Shown here: positions 47,671-59,300 of the stretch, one piece after another
Layout of the letters: the number at the start of each line of letters is the position of its first letter
Position numbering within the stretch: the stretch's first letter is position 1
NCBI RefSeq assembly: GCF_964213995.1
Contig: NW_027590182.1
Coordinates: 558,001-622,000, forward strand
Reading direction: 5' to 3'
From: Mustelus asterias
Taxonomy: Eukaryota
DNA: 64,000 bases
Program-made: the position numbers and the translations under genes
The notes under the pieces: generated by a model
Database searches by the model: none
Seen by the model: the letters and a program-made list of their open reading frames with translations, nothing else
What the model was told of the DNA's origin: nothing

Positions 47671-48611
47671 CCTTTCTCGTTTAAAGTCTCTCCAGTAGCC
47701 TTAGCCAACCTTCCCGCCAGGATATTGGTCCCCCTGGGATTCAAGTGCCACCCGTCTTTTTTAAACAGGTCACACCTGCCCCTAAAGAGGTCCCAATGAT
47801 CCAAGTACCCAAATCCTTGTCCCTTGCTCCAGTCCCTCAGCCACGCATTCATTCTCCACCGATTCCTGTTCTCACTCTCCCGCGGCACAGGCAGCAATCC
47901 CGAGATTACTACCTTTGCATTCCTCTTTCTCAGCTGTCTACCTAACTCCCTACATTCTCTTTTCATGACCCCTTCCCTCTTCCTACCTATGTCAGCAGTA
48001 CCTATATGCATCACGACCTTCGGCTCCTCTCCCTCCCCCTTCAGGATTTCTGGGACTCGACCAGAGACATCCCGGACCCCTGCACCAGGGAGGCAAACCA
48101 CCATCCGAGAGTCCCGTCTGTGTCCGCAAAAACGCCTATCTGACCCCCTCACCGTAGAGTCCCCAATTAGCACTACCCTCCTTTCCTTACCCTTTTGCAC
48201 TACTGGGCCAGGCTCAGCTCCAGAGACACTGCCACTGCTGCTTCCCCCAGGTGGGCTGTCCTCCCCAGTAGTACTCAGACAGGAGTACTTATTATTAAGG
48301 GGCACATCCACCGGGGTGCTCACCATCAACCGAGCTTTCTCCTTCCTCACTGTTACCCAGTTACCCTCCTCCCGTGGTCCCGGTGTGACCACCTGCCGAT
48401 AGCTCCTGTCAATGACCTCCTCACTATCCCTAACCCGGCGAAGGTCCTCGAGCTGCAATTCAAGTTCCCTAACATGGTCCCTTAGGAACCGCAGCTCAAC
48501 ACACCCAGCACAGATATGGTCGTCCGGGAGGCTAGGAGCCTCCAGGACCTCCCACATCCTACATTGGGAACAACATACTGGCCTCACACTCATAATTGCC
48601 CTTTTAAACAC
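47613..48611 (-). CDS. CR1 ORF1: Cys-rich zinc finger / leucine zipper plus SGNH esterase
   Basis: CSQC...CAGC, LRDHVRELELQLEDL, IGDS, CLPGAG, DGWHLN; first ATG is 6 codons in. Confidence 0.9.
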   Translation of the reverse strand: MFKRAIMSVRPVCCSQCRMWEVLEAPSLPDDHICAGCVELRFLRDHVRELELQLEDLRRVRDSEEVIDRSYRQVVTPGPREEGNWVTVRKEKARLMVSTPVDVPLNNKYSCLSTTGEDSPPGGSSSGSVSGAEPGPVVQKGKERRVVLIGDSTVRGSDRRFCGHRRDSRMVVCLPGAGVRDVSGRVPEILKGEGEEPKVVMHIGTADIGRKREGVMKRECRELGRQLRKRNAKVVISGLLPVPRESENRNRWRMNAWLRDWSKGQGFGYLDHWDLFRGRCDLFKKDGWHLNPRGTNILAGRLAKATGETLNEKGWGEGIEMRGLRARRLARK

Positions 48612-50407
48612 ACAGGGAAAAAAAAAGTGAATGAAAATTTTAAACTTACCTTTCCTCCTCCTGTTTTCTCCAAAGCCCTGCTCTCACTGGGTCTTTTTTT
48701 TTAGGTTAGAGGAGGAGGGAGGGTGGGATACTCTACAAGTGTAGAGTATCGGGATTCCTCTCTGTTCCAATTTATTGGGGAAAAAAAAAATCTCTCTCTC
48801 CCAGACCTCCCTGCGCGACCACTTCCGGGTTCAGATATTTTTTTAAAAACCCCGCGAAAAAGTAAGTTAAAAAATAAAAGCGCTTACCCGCAGCACTCTT
48901 CTCGCGAATCTCTCCCTCTCTGCTGTACTTCCAAGAAGCAATGAGGCCGATTCACTGAGGTGAGTAACTTTTAAAAAATCTCTCCCTCCCAGACCTCCCT
49001 GCGCGACCACTTCCGGGTTTAGATATTTTTTTAAAAACCCCGCGAAAAAGTAAGTTAAAAAATAAAAGCGCTTACCCGCAGCACTCCTCTCGCGAATCTC
49101 TCCCTCTCTGCTGTACTTCCAAGAAGCAATGAGCAATGGTCAGACCCCCTTTTCAGTCCAGTGCTACTTGGAGTTTACCGTCAATTCAACAACTATTGGG
49201 TTACAAGTCCCTCACAGTTCTGATCACAAATTCATGATAAAATAATTTAAACAATGCATGAGAACGCTTCTTAACTAACTACCTACCACTGTTTGTTGAT
49301 TGGTCAGACCCCCTTTTTACAGATTCAGGAATCTCAGCCACTGAACACCAGCCGGTCCTGGAATAAGTTTCATTCTAACTCATTCTGAGTAAATATTCTC
49401 ACCAGGTCCTCTGTTGGGGCCCTGCTAAGCAGCTTTAATGGTTCATGATTGCAGAAACTGAGCAGTCACAGGAACGTGGTCAAGATAGTCCAGTCCCATA
49501 ATGCCTCACATTCAATCTGCAGTCCTTCAATTATAACAGAATATGTGGCTGTATGTAGCTGCCTCGGCCGTGGTCAACCCCAACACTGCCTTCTTGAACT
49601 GCTACAATGCCGAAGGTGTAAGTGCACCCACAGTGCTGTTAGGGAGGGATTTCCAGCTACACATTCCACATTTCCTCTAGACTGTGGGTGGATATCAGAT
49701 TGATACATTTCATTCAACTGCACCCAAGCTGAGTTATTGAAATTCCTTTATTGTACGGGACAATATATTCATTATTTCTTTAAAACAGAAATTAAACATT
49801 CCCATTTGATTTCAGGTATTAACATATTCTGTTAGTTTGATCTTTATTGTCGATGTCAGGCTGGGGTTGTTCCCCTTGGAGCAAAGGAGGTTGAGGGGAG
49901 ATTTGATAGAGGTGGACAAGATTCTGACAGGTTTAGATAAGGTGGACAAAGAAAAGCTGTTCCCATTAGCTGACGGGACAAGGACGAGGGGGTCACAGAT
50001 TTATGGTTTTGGATCAGAGATGCAGGGGGGGATGTGAGGAAGAATATTTTGATGCAGCGAATGGTAATGACCTGGAACTCGCTGCCGAGGGTGGAGGAAG
50101 TGGAGACAATAAACAATTACAAAGGAAATTGGATGGGCATTGGGAGGTTTCAAACAGAAATGCTGACTAAATATCTCTGAACTTCCTAACACCCGGTCAC
50201 TCTGTTATCCTTGCGAAATCTGATACCAGATATTCACAACAAGACTCAAAGAGCATCAGCCCACTGGAGGCAAAGTCATGAGACCGGCCAGTCCAGCAGA
50301 AAGAAACCCTCTGACCCTCCCCATTGACCAACTGTGAGAATGAACAAAATGCAGTCCTGGATGTAATTGAGAGCAGAAACAATAACAGCAGAATCCAACC
50401 TCTGGAA

Positions 50408-50998
50408 TCACTCGTGAACTCGCTGGTGTCTCAGCAGGTGGGATGAAGCTCTGAACCCCTTCCCACACTGAGAGCAGGTGAATGGCCTCTCCCCAGTGTG
50501 AAGTCGCTGGTGCGTCTGCAGGCTGGATAACTGAGTGAATCCCTTCCCACACTGAGAGCAGGTGAATGGTCTCTCCCCAGTGTGAACTCGCTGGTGTTTC
50601 TGCAGGTGAGCTAATTGACTGAACCCCTTCTCACACTGAGAGCAGGTGAATGGCCTCTCCCCAGTGTGAAGTCGCTGGTGCGTCTGCAGGCTGCATAACT
50701 GAGTGAATCCCTTCCCACACTGAGAGCAGGTGAATGGTCTCTCCCCAGTGTGAACTCGCTGGTGCTTCTGCAGGTTAGCTAATTGACTGAACCCCTTCTC
50801 ACACTGAGAGCAGGTGAATGGTCTCTCCCCAGTGTGAACTCGCTGGTGTGTCCGCAGGGTGGATAAATCAGTGAATCCCTTCTCACACTGAGAGCAGGTG
50901 AATGGTCTCTCCCCAGTGTGGCTGCGCCGATGAACTTCCAGCTGAGATGGGGCTCTGCATCCCTTCCCACAGTCCCCACATTTCCATGGTTTCTCCAT
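50408..50998 (-). CDS. C2H2 zinc-finger protein, 7 fingers (unit G7)
   Basis: CACCATGG at 50998, 196 aa = 7 x 28. Confidence 0.85.
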   Translation of the reverse strand: MEKPWKCGDCGKGCRAPSQLEVHRRSHTGERPFTCSQCEKGFTDLSTLRTHQRVHTGERPFTCSQCEKGFSQLANLQKHQRVHTGERPFTCSQCGKGFTQLCSLQTHQRLHTGERPFTCSQCEKGFSQLAHLQKHQRVHTGERPFTCSQCGKGFTQLSSLQTHQRLHTGERPFTCSQCGKGFRASSHLLRHQRVHE

Positions 50999-52029
50999 GG
51001 TGCAGGTGTCTTTTCCTCTCTCTTGAGTTGAAGACTCGTCCACACACAGAACAGTCTCCCCCCGCTGTGAATGGTGTGATATTTATTCAGGCTGTGTAAC
51101 TGGTTCAAGCTCAGTGCACTGGAACACTCTCACTCCAGTGTGGCAGCGTGTTGGCTCTTTTCCAGTCACATTAATGTTTGAAATCTTTTCAAGTCATCAG
51201 ACCGGACAACCATTTCTCCTCGATTCAAAGGCCGATGATATTCAGGTCCTAAGGAATATGACTCTGTCAGATCTAGACACAACGTTTGAGATTTCAGCCT
51301 GTGATTCCTCTTTCAGTATCCTGTAAAACAAGTTTACAGAGGTCATCAGTGTCAGTGCAGGATAGAAATTCAGAACACACAATTCTAGTTTCTATGGAAC
51401 ATTCTTTCCTCTCTCCAGACTCGAAACATTGGCTCTATTCTCTCTCTATCTGGGGGATAGCGTGGGAAATGATGCTGCGGTAGATCAGCCAATTCTCAAT
51501 GAATGGTTGAGGCAGTTCGATGGGCTGAATGGCCAACTGCAGCTCCTGTTTCTTATGATTTGTGTGTCCACGACAGGAAGCAGTGAGCATGGATCTGTCA
51601 ATCAGCCTCAATCAGCACCTTCAGGAGAATTGGGAGGGTGAATATTAGATACAGCAGAGTGAGAATGGAGGGAGAGTGTGTGGGATGGAGATTTACAGCT
51701 TTTGGGGAATGAGAGAGGAAAGAATGTTCATTAGAATCATAGAATTCCTACATCTTATCAACCGTCCCTGAGCCTTCATAATGAATCTCTCTTCTCAAGA
51801 CATTCTTATCTCTGACTTGTCTGTGCTGCTCGCAGTCTCACAAAGCAGCTGCCTGTGTGTTGACACAAGGGGCCCTGCGAGGCAAGTTTAATGCTCCATG
51901 ACTGTGTCTTTAATGACTGAATAACTATAGGAATATGGTCAAGTCAGCTAAATCACATGATGCTTTATATTTCGGTTAGTAACTGTCCATTTTGTTAACA
52001 TAGCACATTTGGATATATAAATACATATA

Positions 52030-52200
52030 AAGGCAAAATATTGCGGATGCTGGAAAAAACAAAAACAGAAAATGCTGGAAAATGTCAGCAGGTCTGACAG
52101 CATCTGTGGAGAGAGAGTAGAGCCAACATTTAAAGTCTGGATGACCCTTGTTCTGACAAAGGGTCATCCAGACTCAAAATGTTAGTCTATTCTCTCTCTG
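52030..52200. mobile_element. Family B short repeat, inverted pair
   Basis: gtctggatgaccctt-gttctgaca-aagggtcatccagac; hammerhead core decayed (CTGACAA, AAAA). Confidence 0.65.
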
Positions 52201-52375
52201 TAAATATACATACGACAGCTGCCTCAGGCTTGGCCCACTCTAACTCCCTGCAAAAGGAGATTACAAGAGTCATGTGTCAATTGTGGCTTGAAATTAAGAA
52301 ATACACATTTTTTGGGGGGTTTGAGATTGCTGTAAAAATCCTCTTCTTCTAACCATCTGTAAAAGGAGATTCCAA

Positions 52376-52703
52376 AATCACAGAATCTCTGCAGTGCAGA
52401 AGGAGGCCTTTTAGCCCATCGAGTCTGCACCAAGTTTCTAACAGAGCACCTTTACTCAGGCCCTATCCCTGTAACCTGATGTACGTACATCACTAATCCT
52501 TTCCTTCCCCCTCATCTTGGGACACAAAGGGACACTTTAGCATGGTCGATCAACCCACTCTTTGGAGTGTGGGAGGAAACCAGAGCAACCAGAGGAAACC
52601 CACACAGAGGGAGAATGTGCAAACTCCATACAGACAATCACCCGAGGCTGGAATTGAACCGGGTCTCTGGCGCTATGAGACAGAAGTGCTAACCACTGTG
52701 TCA
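52376..52703 (-). mobile_element. tRNA-derived SINE
   Basis: Reverse complement of A and B boxes, V domain and tail. Confidence 0.8.
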
Positions 52704-53379
52704 CCCCCAACAGTCATTTGTCAGACCTGAATATAAATCCATAACATTCTCCCCTCCTGTTTTCTAGCATAAGATTACTTAAGATGAAATATACTTACAT
52801 TGGAAGCAATTCAGACAAGGTTCACTCGCTGATTTTGGGCATGAAGGGGTCTGTTTTTTGAGGAAAGGTTAGGCAGGGTGCATCTATGCTCATTGGATTT
52901 TAGATAAATGAGATGAGTGTTGGAGTGAAACTAAGACTGCGACCTTTGAAAGTTAATGCATACGGGACTGGCTGTGCCCAGCACTTATCCTGTGGTTAAC
53001 AAAGATCATTCTGTTGCTGACTAAATAACGAACTAACCTTTGAGCTACATCCTGTTATTGTATAAAAAATACGGAACAGACAAAAAAAACCAGACCGCGA
53101 GGTCCAGATGGTCGGCTGAGCTTAAGATAAAGGGGAACTGAAACAATAAGTTGTGGGTTTTTGTTCACGGTTGTTTTTGAAGGAATGTGATTGGAGGTCA
53201 ATTGTTGCTAGGGGAGCCCAATTGGCTAAGTACAGGTAACCACCCAAAGCTAATGACGAAGTAACCGCTAATGTCTGTATGATCAAAGTGTATAAAAGAC
53301 GGCGAGCCGCCGCTCCAAATTGAGAAGGTGAAAGGCAGCATCCATTAACCCGGCCTGTCAGTCAATGACTCAAACATTG

Positions 53380-53780
53380 TCTCACCTGGTCACCCAAATC
53401 CTGAAGCTCCGCCCACCGGCCGCGCATGCGCTCTGCTCCCCGCTAAACAAAGATGGCGGCCACGGCACCGGGCCTGATCCCGGATAAAATCCACGGAGCT
53501 GCAAACCCGGGACCGGAAGGCTCTTATTCAGACCTTGCGGCCTACAGCAGATGTTTATGAAGCCTCTGCTCCCTCCCCACCCCGACACCCGGCTCCATTC
53601 CTCCCTCCGCCGCACCGATTCTCACCCCTTGAAACAAACGTCTCCCGGACTCGCGGGCTCCGAGCAAAGTGACACTGCGCATGCCCCAGATACAGCGCTG
53701 CGCCTGCGTACTGGGCTCCTGTGGAGTGAATAGGGCACTTTCACACCCGCAGCGAATGCTGGGCAATGACCGCCATTGAA
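53380..53780. promoter_or_regulatory. CpG-island promoter between divergent G7 and G8
   Basis: GCGCATGCGC at 53422-53431 (NRF1), AAGATGGCGGC at 53450-53460 (YY1), minus-strand donor CAG|GTGAGA at about 53386. Confidence 0.75.
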
Positions 53781-53816
53781 ACTTCACAGTTAGTTCAAAA
53801 TAACATTGTTAGCATT

Positions 53817-53914
53817 TAGAACATAGAACAGTACAGCACAGAACAGGCCCTTCGGCCCACGATGTTGTGCCGAGCTTTATCTGAAACCAAGATCAAGCTA
53901 TCCCACTCCCTATC
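53817..53914 (-). mobile_element. Short CR1 3' tail
   Basis: gtgggccgaagggcctgttctgtgctgtactgttctatgttcta on the minus strand. Confidence 0.75.
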
Positions 53915-54092
53915 AACACACTGTCACACTCGAGTGAGTGTGTTCCAATGCACTGACTAAAGAGCTTTAACCAGTTACACAGTCTGAATAAATATCACAC
54001 CATTCACAGCGGGGAGAGACTGTACCTGTGTTGTGTGTGGACGAGGCTTCAACTGATTGGCCACCCAAGAGAGTGGCAAGGACACCTGCACC

Positions 54093-54933
54093 ATGGAGAA
54101 ACCATGGAAATGTGCAGACTGTGGGAAGAGATACAGAGCCCCATCTCTGCTGGAAGCTCATCGGCTCATCCACACTGGGCAGCGGCCGTTCATCTGCTCT
54201 TAGTGTGGGAAGAGATTCACTCAGTCATCCAGCCTGCAGAGACACCAGCAAGTTCACACTGGGGAGAGGCCATTCACGTGTTCTCAGTGTGGGGAGGGAT
54301 TCACTCGATCTTCTGACCTGCTGGTCCATGAGCGCATTCACACTGGGGAGAGGCCGTTCACCTGCTCTCAGTGTGGGAAGGGATTCATTCGGTCTTCCGA
54401 CCTGCGGAAACACCAACGAGTTCACACCGGGGAGAGGCCCTTTACCTGCTCTCGATGTGGGGAGGGAATCACTCAGTCATCCCACCTGCAGAGACACAAG
54501 CGAGTTCACACTGGGGAGAGGCCATTCACCTGCTCTGTGTGTGGGAAGGGTTTCTGTGATTCATCCAGCCTGCTGACACACCAGCGAGTTCACACTGGGG
54601 AGAGGCCATTCACCTGCTCTCAATGTGGGAAGGGATTCACTGGGTCCTCCCGCCTGCAGATGCACCAGCGAGTTCACACTGGGGAGAGGCCATTCACCTG
54701 CTCTCAGTGTGGGAAGGGTTTCTGTGATTCATCCAGCCTGCTGACACACCAGCGAGTTCACATTGGGGAGAAACCGTTTACCTGCTCTCAGTGTGGGAAG
54801 GGATTCACTCGGTTATCCAACCTGCGGATACACCAGCGAGTTCACACTGGGGAGAGACCGTTCAGCTGCTCTGTGTGAGAAGATATTCAGTCTTTCATCC
54901 CATCTGTTGAGACACCAACAAGTTCACGAGTGA
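54093..54933 (+). pseudogene. C2H2 ZNF pseudogene G8 (10 fingers)
   Basis: CAG to TAG at 54201 (codon 37); 2-nt deletion at about 54875; upstream acceptor region replaced by a CR1 tail. Confidence 0.85.
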
Positions 54934-56390
54934 TTCCAGGGGTTGGATTCTGCTGTCATTGTTTCTGCTCTCAATTCCATCCAGAACTGCATTTTGTTCA
55001 TTCTCACAGTTGGTCAATGGGGAGGGTCGGAGGGTTTCTTTCTGCTGGACTGGTCGGTCTCATGGCTTTGCCTCCAGTGGGCTGATGCTCTTTGAGTCTT
55101 GTTGCGAATACCTGGTTTCAAATTTCACAAGGATCACAGAGTGACCGGGTGTGAGGAAGTTAAGAGACAGTCACTATTTCTGTTTGAAACCCCCCAATGC
55201 CCATCCAATTTCCTTTGTAATTGTTTATTGTCTCCACTTCCTCCACCCTCGTAGGCAGCGAGTTCCAGGTCATTATCATTCACTGCATCAAAATATTCTT
55301 CCTCACATCCCCCCACTGCATCTCTGATCCAAAACCTTAAATCTGTGTCCCCCTCGTCCTTGTTCCATCAGCGAATGGGAACAGCTTTTCTTTGTCCACC
55401 TTATCTAAACCTGTCAGAATCTTGTCCACCTCTATCAAATCTCCCCTCAACCTCCTTGCTCCAAGGGGAACAACCCCAGCCTGACATTGACAATAAAGAA
55501 CAAACTAACAGAATATGTTAATACCTGAAATCAAATGGGAATGTTTAATTTCTGTTTTAAAGATATTGTGAATATATTGTCCTGGAGAACAAAGAAATTG
55601 GAATAGCTCACTGTGGGTGAGGTTGAATGGAATATATCAATGTGGAATCCTGGTTCATTCCAGTGAAAGTCTGGAATGTGTCGATGGGATGAATAAGTTG
55701 ATCACTTTCTCTGGGAGATATTTACATCCTTGTCCATTGTTCGAGGGGGTTCAGGACAACCTGGGACTAAAAGACTAATATATCAGAATAGGTTAATTTA
55801 GAGTGAATATATTCAAGAAGAATCACAAAGTACCTGGAGTTACAAAGGTACTGTTTGCATAGAAATACATATAACCATTGTTAGTGAATTTAAACATGTA
55901 TTTTTGATAACATATATTCTGTATTAAAATCATACACCTTGGCTAATAACACTCTAAGGCATGATGGTATATAGCTATGTAAGAAGAACCACATTCTTTG
56001 AAAACAATACAGCTACTGAGTTAAGAAAAAAAAAACTCTTATCAGTGTTGGCTCCAGACAGTACAAGCTTCCCAGACAATTGAATGAATAAGAGCATACC
56101 ATTTTCCGATAAGGAAAAGCACTTTTGAATTTATGGACCGATGTATTCTCATGCTGCCAGAGAGTGACATGTTATTGGCCAAGGTAAATAATCTAGATGA
56201 ATAATGATTGGTTGATGTCTGGCTGGGTGAGCAAAGTGGGTGGGGAAATGATTTTTGAAAGTTGTATAATTGTAATATTGGAAGCAATGGAATTTAGAAT
56301 AGTTTGGCTGCCCCAAATTATTCTCTGACGCCCCTGGACCAGGCCTGGGCAATAAAGCACGTATTCAACAGAATTACTGTCTCTGTGAGG

Positions 56391-59300
56391 GCTTTGGCTC
56401 ACAGGGCTTCGGCGAAGGCGAGGAAGGTTGTTTGTTTTTCTTCTGTTACACCCCCTTTTTTGTTTTATCTCCCAAAAACTAAAAAGGACATGGCTGGTAT
56501 GAGTGGGAGGCCAGTATACTGCATTCGGTGTGGGATGTGGGAGTTCCTGGAGACAACTTGCCTCCCGGAAGTCCATATCTGTGCCAGATGCGTGGAACTG
56601 CAACTCCTGAAGGATCGTGTAAGGGAGCTGGAGCTGAGGCTCGATGAACTCAGTTTAGTTAGGGCAAATGAGAGATTAATAGATAAAGGTTATAGTCAGG
56701 TAGTGACACCAGGGTCTCGGAAGGAAGACACGTGGGTCACAGTTAGGAGGGGTAATAGTCAGAAGGGTGATGTGCCAGAAAGTACCCCAGTGGCAGTCTC
56801 CCGTAAAAGAAAGGGATGGCAACAGATGGGAGAAGGGAAGGGAGTGAGCAGTCTGTGGAGGGATCCCCTGTGGTTGTCCCCCTCCAAAATAGGTATATTG
56901 TTTTGGATTCTGTGGAGGGGGATGACCCTCCAGGGGTAAGCCACGAGGACCAGATCGCCTCCACGGAGACAGGCTCAAGGGTCCGGAAGGGAAAGAAGCG
57001 ATTTAGGAGAGCGATAGTTGTGGGGGACGCAATGGTTAGAGGCACGGACAGGCGGTTCTGTGGGAGTGAACGAGAATCCAGGATGGTAGTCTGCCTCCCT
57101 GGAGCCGGGGTACTGGATGTCTCCGAGAGGGTAGGAAGCATATTTAAAAAGGAAGGTAGTCAAACGGATGTGATTATACACATTGGTGAAAATGATGTCG
57201 GTAGGAAGAGCAGGGGGGTCATACGAGAGAAATTCAGGGAGTTGGGTGCTAGGCTAAAAAGTAAGGCCTCCAGGGTAGCAATCTCTGGACTGCTCCCGGT
57301 GTCTAGTGCAAGTGAGGCTCGGAACAGGGAGATTCTACAGTTGAACGCGTGGCTAAAGGACTGGTGCAAGAGGGAGGGTTTTTAATTCATAGATAACTGG
57401 GAAATCTTCAAGTCAGGATGGCAACTGTACAGAAAGGATGGGTTACACCTTAACTGGAAGGGAGCAAATATCCTGGCTGGGAGTTTTGCGAGAGTGTTTC
57501 GGCAGGATTTAAACTAGTGTGGCAGCGGGGTGGGGAACAAAACAGTAGGTCAGTAAATACTGAGGCTGGGGTTGAGCTGGGGGCCAGGGCAAGGCTAGCT
57601 AAGAAGAGGAGCACTCTGGAGGAGGATGACCTGAGTGGGCCTGGAGGTCTGGAGTGCATCTGCTTCAATGCAAGGAGCGTAACGGGTAAAACAGACGAAC
57701 TTAGGGCCTTAATGCTTATGCGGAATTTGGATGTGGTTGCGGTGACGGAAACTTGGTTAAAAGAAGGACAGGACTGGCAGCTGAATATTCCAGGGTATAA
57801 GTGTTTTAGGCGAGACAGAGGAGGGGCTAAAAAAGGTGGGGGAGTAGCGATATTAGTTAAGGAGCATGTTACCGCGGTGCAGAGGGTAGACAACTTGGAG
57901 GGGTCATGTACTGAGTCGCTGTGGGTGGAACTCAGAAACAGGAAGAGTGCAGTCACTATGCTGGGGGTGTACTACAGACCACCTCTCGGCCCACGGGAAG
58001 TGGAGGAAAGGATATGTCAGGAGATTCTGGATAGGTGCAGAAAAAATAGGGTTGTTGTAGTGGGGGACTTTAATTTCCCTGGCACAGACTGGAAAGTGCT
58101 TAGAGCTGGGGGTCCGGATGGGGAGGAATTTGTAAAATGCGTACTGGAAGGTTCTTTGGAACAGTATGTAGATAGCCCGACTAGAGAGGGGGCTATACTG
58201 GACCTAGTTCTGGGAAATGAGCCCGGTCAGGTCGTCAAAGTTTCGGTAGGGGAACATGTGGCAAATAGTGACCACAACTCTGTTAACTTTAGGATAGTAA
58301 TGGACAAGGATGAGTGCTGTCCTACGGGCAGGGTGCTAAATTGGGGGAAGGCTGACTACAGCCGGATTAGGCAGGAATTGGTGGATGTTGATTGGGAGAG
58401 GATGTTCGAGGGTAAGTCCGCGTCTGGCATGTGGGAGTCTTTTAAGGAACTATTGATAAGACTGCAGGATAGGCATGTGCCTGTAAAAAGGAAAGATAGG
58501 AAAGGTAGGATTCGAGAGCCGTGGATAACCAGGGAAATTGAGGATCTGATTAAAATGAAAAGGGAGGCGTACGTTAAGTCGAGGCAACAGAAAACAGATG
58601 GAGCTCTGGAGGAATACAGAGAGAGTAGGAAAGAACTCAAACGGGGAGTTAGAAGGGCAAAAAGAGGTCACGAGATGTTCTTGGCAGGCAGGATTAAGGA
58701 GAATCCTAAGGCATTCTATTCATACGTTAGGAACAAAAGAGTTGTCAGGGAGAAAATCGGACCTCTCAGGGACAAAGGAGGGGAATTATGCTTAGGACCC
58801 AAGGGAATAGGGGAGATCCTAAATGAATACTTTGCATCGGTATTCACGAAGGAAAGGGGCGTGTTAACCGGGACTGTCTCGGAGGGAGGTGTTGACCCGT
58901 TAGAGAAAATCTCCATTACAAGAGAGGAAGTGTTAGGTTTTTTAGGGAACATTAAAACTGACAAAGCCCCATGGCCTGATGGCATCTATCCTCGACTGCT
59001 CAGGGAGACGAGAGATGAAATTGCTGGGCCTCTGACGGAAATCTTTGTCGCTTCTTTGGACACGGGTGAGGTCCCTGAGGATTGGAGGATAGCGAATGTG
59101 GTCCCGTTGTTTAAGAAGGGTAGAAGGGATAACCCAGGAAATTATAGGCCGGTGAGCTTGACGTCCGTGCTAGGGAAGTTGTTGGAGAGGATTCTTAGAG
59201 ACAGGATGTATGTGGATTTAGAACGGAACAATCTCATTAGTGACAGACAGCATGGTTTTGTAAGAGGGAGGTCGTGCCTTACAAATTTGGTGGAATTTTT

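Larger units (their letters stand above)
44666..49135 (-). mobile_element. CR1 LINE #2, apparently full-length with both ORFs intact
   Basis: Tandem 5' UTR repeat, ORF1, ORF2, (TTCTATG)n tail. Confidence 0.95.

Noticed and set aside
46720-47799. 359-aa antisense ORF in CR1 #2, and other antisense ORFs in LINEs
   Set aside because: No recognisable motifs and not preserved in the other CR1s.
52917-53380. LTR-like segments with TATA boxes (also about 22360-23523)
   Set aside because: No convincing paired termini or TSD.
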